DNA from: Bradymonadia bacterium
Lineage (GTDB): Bacteria > Myxococcota_A > Bradymonadia > UBA7976 > UBA1532
Reading direction: 5' to 3'
Assembly: GCA_046290225.1 (NCBI GenBank)
Contig: JBKAGE010000080.1
Coordinates: 32,001-96,000, forward strand
DNA: 64,000 bases
A program made the position numbers and the translations under genes. Below are positions 58,101-64,000 of the stretch, one piece after another. Each line of letters opens with the position of its first letter. Position 1 is the first letter of the stretch. Below the pieces are notes generated by a model that saw nothing but the letters and a program-made list of their open reading frames with translations, ran no database searches and was not told where the DNA came from.

Positions 58101-59967
58101 CTGCCGCGAGGACGATCCTGCAGCAGACGACACCACCTGTGACGGTGTAGACGACGACTGCGACAACCGCCTCGACGAGGACTATGTGCAGACGCCCACC
58201 AGCTGTGGTCTGGGCATCTGCGCCGCCGTGGGTACCCTGCGCTGTGTGAACGGCTCCGAGCAGGACACCTGCCAGGCGGGTCAGGCGGAAGGCAACGACG
58301 CTACCTGTAACAACCAGGACGAAGACTGCGACGGCCGCTTCGATGAAGACTTCATCGTCACTGCCACCAGTTGCGGCGTCGGTGAGTGTGCCGCCACGGG
58401 CCTGCGCCAGTGCAACAACGGCGTGGTGCAGAACACCTGTGCGCCGGGCCAGCCTGCGGCCAACGACAACACCTGTGACCTGCAGGATGACGACTGCGAC
58501 GGCCTCAACGACGAGGACTTCCAGAGCCAGAACACCAACTGTGGTGTTGGCGACTGCGCCCGAAATGGCCAGACGCTGTGCCTCAACGGCCAGGTCCAGG
58601 ACTCCTGTACCCCCGGCAACCCCGCCCCCAACGACGCCACCTGTGACGGTGACGACGATGACTGCGACGGCCTCATCGACGAGGACTTCGTGAACACCCC
58701 CACCAGCTGTGGGGTGGGCGAGTGCACCCGCGCCGGTCAGCTGACCTGCGTGAACGGTCAGGTCCAGGACACCTGCACCCCCGGCAACCCCGTGGGCAGC
58801 GACAACAACTGTAATGGCGAAGACAACGACTGCGACGGCCTCATCGACGAGCGCTTCGGCCGCAACGTCAACTGTGGTGATGGCGCCTGTGCCGACTCCG
58901 GCGAGGAGATCTGCGTGAACGGCGAGGTGGTGAACACCTGCCGCGTGGGCGATCCTGCACCAGACGACGCCACCTGTGACGGCGTCGACGATGACTGCGA
59001 TGGCGCCACCGACGAGGACTTCAACGTCATCAACACCAACTGTGGCGTGGGTGCCTGCGCCGCCAACGGCCAGCGTATCTGCTCCAACGGCTCCATCGTC
59101 GACACCTGCACCCCAGGTCAGCCTGCACCGGACGACGCCACCTGCGACGGTGACGACGACGACTGCGACGGCAACACCGACGAGAACTACGACGTCACGC
59201 CCACGAGCTGTGGTGTCGGTGAGTGCGCCGCCACCGGTCAGCTGGTGTGCATCGCCGGCGCCGAGACGGACAACTGCAACGAGGGCGCTCCCGTGGCGGA
59301 GCTGTGCAACGGCCTCGACGACGACTGTGACGGCAGCGTCGACGAGACCTTCGCCAACCTCGGCAACGCCTGCACCAACGGCTTCGGTGCCTGTGAGCAG
59401 GCTGGCGCCTTCGTCTGTAACGGCGATGGCAGCGGCACTGAGTGCAACGCCATCCCTGGTGCCCCCGAAGCCGAAATCTGCGACGGCGTGGACAACGATT
59501 GCGACGACTCTGTCGACGAGAACAACCCCGGCGGTGGTGGCGGATGTACCGCCAACAACGCCGACGGCATTTGCCGCAACGGCACCAGCCTCTGTCAGGG
59601 TGGGGTGCTCATCTGCGCCCCCGGCACCCCCGAGGTCGAGGAGTGTAACGCCCTCGACGACGACTGCGACGGCGAGATCGACAACGTCGCCGGCGCGGGC
59701 AACAACTGCACCACCGGCTTCAACAACCAGTGTGCAGGCAAACTGGAGTGTGTCGGCGTCAACCTGCGCTGCGTGCCCACGAACCCCTCCGCCATCGACT
59801 ACTGTGGCGACGGCATCGACAATGACTGTGACTCCACGGCCGACGATGGTGAGGGACAACCCTGCACCCCCGAAGCGGGGGCGCCGTGTGCCGAAGGTGT
59901 CAACGTCTGTAACGACCAGGGCGACGCCGACGTCACCAACAACGTGCTTGAGTGTCAGTGTCCCTGA
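55147..59967 (+). CDS. Giant Cys/Asp-rich lipoprotein with 24 MopE-related (putative metal-binding) motifs
   Basis: Lipobox LIGC; 24 C-x-x-x-D-x-D-C-[DN]-x-x-x-D-type motifs; 56-aa six-Cys tandem unit in the central part. Confidence 0.9.
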   Translation: MFRRPSHRRSSRTSAWGALCIATAALIGCGEDIEYNDYNLTLDMTACLGATPGGESAEEGPSCRAQLDQTVSDSAVNACMLLRNVEADKIDYIPLSWRKGADAQSPGRLAFADGANTAIELSVGAVVEAELYFFRQGVDGAPLCVKGGGLEMNGECTPDSPCLLKLKQPQTAIAGGEDGTQFDFGRRGGDGQCITEGSLMPAGDGAVAEICDGLDNDCDLQVDEGQLPQVGDNCPESIAEDGTTRQGICAPGNLICEAGALICRSETLPNDRELCGNGIDEDCDGNTDESDPRIFFTPPGTEDQLIMGEACQLGLGQCLTDGMVVCDEESSGAAVLCNAAPPPGAEEVCDALDNDCDGRMDEDLLYSDLDVNGQPLNRNVPLGRVCTQGLGECEAQGTVVCNPDGNGETMCNANVIEPIEEMCNNLDDDCDGQIDETFPLGQMCQIGNGECISRGVLVCTQDGAGTECNAVPILPGDNPELCGDNLDNDCDGIVDEYLNGRFEDFLGEECSVGTGACFAQGQVVCNADRTDVVCGAVAGEPAPNDQNCNGVDDDCDGVNDENYPEIAPEEDCGVGACAASARFICVAGEVVSACRNGEPAPNDAVCNSIDDDCNGAVDEDFPFTNTTCGVGECVSAGTQLCSGGRVIDTCVPGQPAVADATCDGRDDDCDGVTDEDFVTNITQCGVGACAAEGQTRCVNGRVEDTCTPAPPAPNDAVCDGVDSDCDARTDEHYLSQNTNCGVGQCAANGLTFCVNGQVQDSCLPGQPVGNDATCDGRDDDCDGTNDEAYVRLDTQCGIGECFRLGRTRCTNGSVVDSCTPAAPAQNDASCNGEDNDCDGLFDENFTSTPTECGVGECFSRGQTVCQGGVPLDTCAVGQPANDDAGCNDRDDDCDGEIDEDFVRFNTNCGIGACARQGFSQCVDGNIDPACFPGQPEDDDATCDGVDDDCDGLTDEDFEPVQVNCGQGACAATGFTTCVGGNAGDTCREDDPAADDTTCDGVDDDCDNRLDEDYVQTPTSCGLGICAAVGTLRCVNGSEQDTCQAGQAEGNDATCNNQDEDCDGRFDEDFIVTATSCGVGECAATGLRQCNNGVVQNTCAPGQPAANDNTCDLQDDDCDGLNDEDFQSQNTNCGVGDCARNGQTLCLNGQVQDSCTPGNPAPNDATCDGDDDDCDGLIDEDFVNTPTSCGVGECTRAGQLTCVNGQVQDTCTPGNPVGSDNNCNGEDNDCDGLIDERFGRNVNCGDGACADSGEEICVNGEVVNTCRVGDPAPDDATCDGVDDDCDGATDEDFNVINTNCGVGACAANGQRICSNGSIVDTCTPGQPAPDDATCDGDDDDCDGNTDENYDVTPTSCGVGECAATGQLVCIAGAETDNCNEGAPVAELCNGLDDDCDGSVDETFANLGNACTNGFGACEQAGAFVCNGDGSGTECNAIPGAPEAEICDGVDNDCDDSVDENNPGGGGGCTANNADGICRNGTSLCQGGVLICAPGTPEVEECNALDDDCDGEIDNVAGAGNNCTTGFNNQCAGKLECVGVNLRCVPTNPSAIDYCGDGIDNDCDSTADDGEGQPCTPEAGAPCAEGVNVCNDQGDADVTNNVLECQCP

Positions 59968-60083
59968 TCACAGTGAACGTGCTCACAGTGACCTGATCAT
60001 CGGGGCCCTTCTCGCTCACACCTCGAACGTGAGGTGTGAGCGAGCCACAGCCCGCTCCCCGCTCTCACAGGATCCATCCTTCC

Positions 60084-62288
60084 ATGAAGAGGCCGCTTTT
60101 CGCTCCCCTGCGAGCTGATCACCTCCTGCCCGAGCTCACCTTGTGTGTGCTGGGGGCGCTCTGCCTCACAGGCTGTTTCACCTTCAGCGTCGATCCCGAG
60201 CTGAGCGACTGCTTCAACGACGATTGCCCGGTGGGCGAGCGATGTGTCGAAGGTGCATGTGCCCCCGTGGTGGATCCTGCAGACATGAGCGATCCACCCG
60301 ACGCGATGCCGATGCCTGCTGACGCATGTCTCGAAGGTTGCGGGATCCCTCAAGCCCCCATTTGCGACACCAACCCCTCCCCCGAGGTCCTCGAGGGCCT
60401 GGTGGAGCTGTGTGGCAACGAGATCGACGACGACTGCGACGGCACCGCCGACGAGGCGGATGACGGTGTGTTCTACCGGCCCGATCCCAACTCGGACATC
60501 AAGCTCGCCCTTGGGGATCCGTGCGCTCTGGGTCAGGGCGTCTGTGCCTCTGAAGGCACCGTGATTTGTGATCCCGATGGCGCAGGCGCCCGCCTGAGCT
60601 GTAACGCCATGGTGGGCACACCTGCCGAGAGCGACATTTGCAACACCCTCGACGATGACTGCGATGGTCGCATCGACGAGGAGACCGACGGCCTCGGCGA
60701 GATGTGTACCTCGGGGTTGGGGCAGTGCCAGCGTGTGGGGCTGTCTACGTGCAACGCCGAAGGCGAAGTGATTTGCGACGCTGAGCCCGGCCCCAGCGGC
60801 CCGGAGATCTGTGACGGTGTGGATCAAGACTGCGACGGCAGCACCGACGAGGACTTCCAGATCGGCGAGCCCTGCTCTGTGGGTGAAGGCGCCTGCCAGC
60901 AGACAGGGGTCTATGTCTGCACGCTCGACAACAGCGCCTCGATGTGTGACGCCCCCGAGCCGGGCATGCCTCAGCCCGAGGTGTGCGACGGCGCCATCGA
61001 TGAAGACTGCGATGGCCGCGTCGACGAAGACTTCGCTGATCAAATCAACCAGCCCTGCACCGTGGGCGTCGGCGCCTGTGAGCGCGGCGGGGTTCAGCTG
61101 TGCGCACCGGATGGTGAAGGCATCGTATGTGGCGTCGAGCCCGGCATGCCCGGCCTCGCCGATCAGACCTGTGACGGCATCGATGACGACTGTGACGGCA
61201 ATGTCGACGAAGCCTACGTCGAGATCGCCCAGACGCTCACGTGCGGTGAGGGCGTCTGTCGCACTGAGGCCCCAACGCAGTGTGTCGAGGCCGCAGTGGT
61301 GGAAGAGTGCACCCCTGGCGAGCCCACGGGCGACGACAGCCTCTGCAACAACATCGACGAAGACTGTGATGGCCGCATCGACGAGGCTGCGGACATCGTC
61401 AACATCGTCTGTGGTGAGGGCGTCTGCGCCGCCAACGGCATCCGCTCCTGTGTGGGCGGCGAAGTCCAGGAAGTGTGCACCCCCGGTGAGCCACGCGGCC
61501 CCGACGGCGATCAGCAACAGTGCAACGCCATCGACGAAGACTGTGACGGCAACATCGACGAAGGGTATGTCGGCGACGAGGTCCGCTGTGGTCTCGGCGC
61601 GTGCCGCACCACCACCACCCTCACATGCCAGAACGGTCAGGTGCTCAACCTGTGTCAACCCGGTGATCCCACGGGCGATGACGACGACTGCGACGGCATC
61701 GACGACGACTGTGACGGCGCCATCGACGAGCGATACCCTCAGACGGCCATCGAGTGCGGCGTGGGCGCCTGCGTACGAGAGGGTGTGCAGCTCTGCACCG
61801 ACGGAGCACCTGTAGACGAGTGCGTGCCTGGCGATCCTGTGGGGGCAGACGACGACTGCAACAACATCGACGATGACTGCGATGGTCTCGTCGACGAGGG
61901 CTATGTCTTTGCAGAGGTCGCGTGCGACGACGGCGCGCGGTGCAGCCTCCGAGGCCGAAGCCAGTGCATCGAGGGTGAAGAGCGCCTCACGTGTCGCGAC
62001 GGTGATCCCATCATCGAGGGCGGCAACTGCAACGGTGTGGACGAAGACTGTGATGGCATCGCTGACGAGGAATACATCGGCGGTGAAGCGTGCGAAGTCA
62101 CAGGTGCCATCGGCGCCTGTGCCCGAGGCACCACCCAGTGCACCGGCGGTCGAGTACAGTGTCGGGTGTCGCGGCCTGATGAAGAGGCCTGCGATGGGAT
62201 CGACAACGACTGTGATGGTCGCGTCGACGAAGACGAGCAGTGTCAGGGGCTACAAGATCCCGAAGCCCCAGTGGATCCCGTCCCCTAG
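60084..62288 (+). CDS. Cys/Asp-rich lipoprotein with 11 MopE-related motifs (start uncertain)
   Basis: Lipobox LTGC; same repeat motif as the upstream gene. Confidence 0.88.
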   Translation: MKRPLFAPLRADHLLPELTLCVLGALCLTGCFTFSVDPELSDCFNDDCPVGERCVEGACAPVVDPADMSDPPDAMPMPADACLEGCGIPQAPICDTNPSPEVLEGLVELCGNEIDDDCDGTADEADDGVFYRPDPNSDIKLALGDPCALGQGVCASEGTVICDPDGAGARLSCNAMVGTPAESDICNTLDDDCDGRIDEETDGLGEMCTSGLGQCQRVGLSTCNAEGEVICDAEPGPSGPEICDGVDQDCDGSTDEDFQIGEPCSVGEGACQQTGVYVCTLDNSASMCDAPEPGMPQPEVCDGAIDEDCDGRVDEDFADQINQPCTVGVGACERGGVQLCAPDGEGIVCGVEPGMPGLADQTCDGIDDDCDGNVDEAYVEIAQTLTCGEGVCRTEAPTQCVEAAVVEECTPGEPTGDDSLCNNIDEDCDGRIDEAADIVNIVCGEGVCAANGIRSCVGGEVQEVCTPGEPRGPDGDQQQCNAIDEDCDGNIDEGYVGDEVRCGLGACRTTTTLTCQNGQVLNLCQPGDPTGDDDDCDGIDDDCDGAIDERYPQTAIECGVGACVREGVQLCTDGAPVDECVPGDPVGADDDCNNIDDDCDGLVDEGYVFAEVACDDGARCSLRGRSQCIEGEERLTCRDGDPIIEGGNCNGVDEDCDGIADEEYIGGEACEVTGAIGACARGTTQCTGGRVQCRVSRPDEEACDGIDNDCDGRVDEDEQCQGLQDPEAPVDPVP

Positions 62289-62862
62289 AGCGCTGATTCA
62301 CAGTCGAACGAGGCAATGGTGAAAGCTGGGGCTGTGTAGGCAGTCATCGCTTCGCTCTGCCTGCGTAGGCGCCCGGTCTTCGGCAGCCCTTCGGGCCGCC
62401 TCGTCGGTCGCGTACACGTCGGCACACTCGCTGGCGCGAGCAGGCCTCCGGGTAGGCAGGGTCGCTCAGGGCTGCGCCCTGTTTGCTCGCTCCCCTGCGT
62501 AAAAAGTCAGTTCTGGTGTGGCTTTGGGGGTACTTTCAACGCTATTGGGGCTTACGCCGAACGTTTGATGTTCAGAAGCTTGTACGTTCGCGGCAGGTCG
62601 AGTGCCGGCAGACATCAGCAACAAGATACAGAAGAAGCTCTTTACGCAGGGGAGCGAGCGAGTAAGGCGAAGCCTTGAGCGACCCTGCTTACCCGGAGGC
62701 CTGCTCGCTTCAGCGAGCGTGGCGACGTGTACGCAGCTCCAAGGCGGGCCGAAGGCCGGCCGTCGGCAGCTGCCTACGCAGGCAGAGCGAAGCGATGACT
62801 GCCTTCACAGCCCCAGCCACCTACGGCCGCCCCAGCCCTATTCGACTCTGAATCAAGGCTCT
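62287..62862. mobile_element. Fold-back element family B: long imperfect inverted repeat with short terminal IRs
   Basis: Outer IR AGAGCgcTGATTCAcAGTCGAA / TTCGACTcTGAATCAagGCTCT; inner ~180-bp arms at 62325-62506 and 62638-62817. Confidence 0.8.
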
Positions 62863-62876
62863 CAAAGGCCCTCACC

Positions 62877-63416
62877 TCAGGGCAACACCATCTCGCAGTT
62901 GTTGGGGAAGGCGCTGCGACCAGCGGTGGTCTCACACAGACAATCCTTGATGGCCAGGTTGGCGCAGCGGCCCGACATCCCACCGAAGTACGTCATGCAG
63001 ATGCCACGCTGAGGCGGACACTGGCGGTTATTGGGGCCACCACACTCCGTCATGTCGTCGCGGACGCAGGCGCCCTCGTCGCAGATGTAGCTCTCAGGGC
63101 AGGGCGTCGCTTCGTCACACGCCTCGCCGAGAGCCTCGCACATGAAGGGGGGGGCTGCGTCGGGCAGCGGCTCAGCGTCGGCGCGGGGCTCGGCATCAGG
63201 CATGGCCTCTGCGTCGGGCACCTCGGCGTCGAGATCCATCTCGCCGCCGGCACCAGCCTCGCCGCCTGCACCTGCTTCACCACCGCCGGCTCCGGCCTCG
63301 CCACCACCGGCACCCGCGACGGCTCCGCCCTCACCACCAGAATCACTGTCGTCGTCACAGCCGACCGTGAGGGCCAAAGCGAGTGACATCCACACCATTG
63401 CGCTCTTGATTTGCAT
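62877..63416 (-). CDS. Small Cys-rich lipoprotein with Gly-rich linker
   Basis: Lipobox TVGC; GGEAGAG repeats; PDA repeats; C-terminal Cys cluster. Confidence 0.8.
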   Translation of the reverse strand: MQIKSAMVWMSLALALTVGCDDDSDSGGEGGAVAGAGGGEAGAGGGEAGAGGEAGAGGEMDLDAEVPDAEAMPDAEPRADAEPLPDAAPPFMCEALGEACDEATPCPESYICDEGACVRDDMTECGGPNNRQCPPQRGICMTYFGGMSGRCANLAIKDCLCETTAGRSAFPNNCEMVLP

Positions 63417-63648
63417 GATCGTTCTCCCGTGAGTCGACGCCGCCTCTTACCGGTCAGGGGGGATCATACGCAAGTAGATCGACGCGCCAAGCCCATGAAG
63501 AAGCCTCATGTGGGGGCCTCACCGGGGGCTTAAATTTCCTCCCATTTGCATCTTTCGTGTCGTGAGGGTGCACACACCCGGGCGTTCCGGTTACACTCCG
63601 GCGTCGTACGATACTGATCTTGAAACCCTGTTTGGAGTTGAGGCCGCC

Positions 63649-64000
63649 ATGCGTTCCAGCAAGAGGCTCACCGATTTTCTCACCCTTGTGTTCTCTATCT
63701 CCCTGGCCACGGCCGTCGTCGGCTGTGACTCCGAGGAGTCCGAAGGCGACAACGGCGGTGCCGGTGGCGCCGGCGCGGTCGGGGGTGAAGCCGGCGGTGG
63801 CGCTGGCGGTGCCGCAGGTGGCGAAGCTGGCGCTGGTGGCGGCGAAGCTGGCGCTGGTGGCGGCGAGGCCGGTGCCGGTGGTGGCGAGGCTGGTGCAGGC
63901 GGCGGCGAGGCCGGCGCTGGTGGTATGGCCATGGGCGGCGAGGGCGGCGGCGAGCCCCCTGCCCCTGTGTGCGAGGGCAACGAGTTCTTCGTGAACAGCG
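63649..64000 (+). CDS. Lipoprotein, N-terminal part only; runs off the window and is missing from the ORF track
   Basis: ATG 63649 translates to MRSSKRLTDFLTLVFSISLATAVVGCDSEESEGDNGGAGG... with 21-bp GGEAGAG repeats and no stop. Confidence 0.8.
   Translation, partial: MRSSKRLTDFLTLVFSISLATAVVGCDSEESEGDNGGAGGAGAVGGEAGGGAGGAAGGEAGAGGGEAGAGGGEAGAGGGEAGAGGGEAGAGGMAMGGEGGGEPPAPVCEGNEFFVNS

Noticed and set aside
55186..59859. 1557-aa antisense ORF
   Set aside because: Shadow frame of the Cys/Asp-rich gene caused by codon bias; V/A-rich with no motifs. The same applies to 59997-61658, 39499-40851 and 49844-51277.

Overview
GC-rich window that looks like Myxococcota or a related deltaproteobacterium, inferred from an AgmX/PglI-type protein, CsgA-like SDR, MopE-type Cys-rich lipoproteins and RCC1/Kelch lipoproteins. 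It holds about 44 plausible CDS, mostly housekeeping or typical myxobacterial envelope genes. I found no tRNA, rRNA, CRISPR array or transposase. The most unusual signals are: (1) three copies of a ~340-bp fold-back element, each arm carrying exactly five CGGGCA hexamers, with covariation between the arms of a copy and G/T-left, A/C-right skewed flanks; (2) an unrelated ~576-bp fold-back element with nested covarying hairpins; (3) a lower-GC RelA/SpoT small-alarmone-synthetase-like gene followed by two coupled membrane-protein genes; (4) a CP-ATP-grasp/alpha-E/transglutaminase system whose Ntn module is a class-II GATase-like domain with Ser in place of the N-terminal Cys, fused to a transglutaminase; (5) a ~1740-aa coiled-coil protein ending in a calpain-like protease. 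All calls come from motif recognition by eye; no database searches were run.
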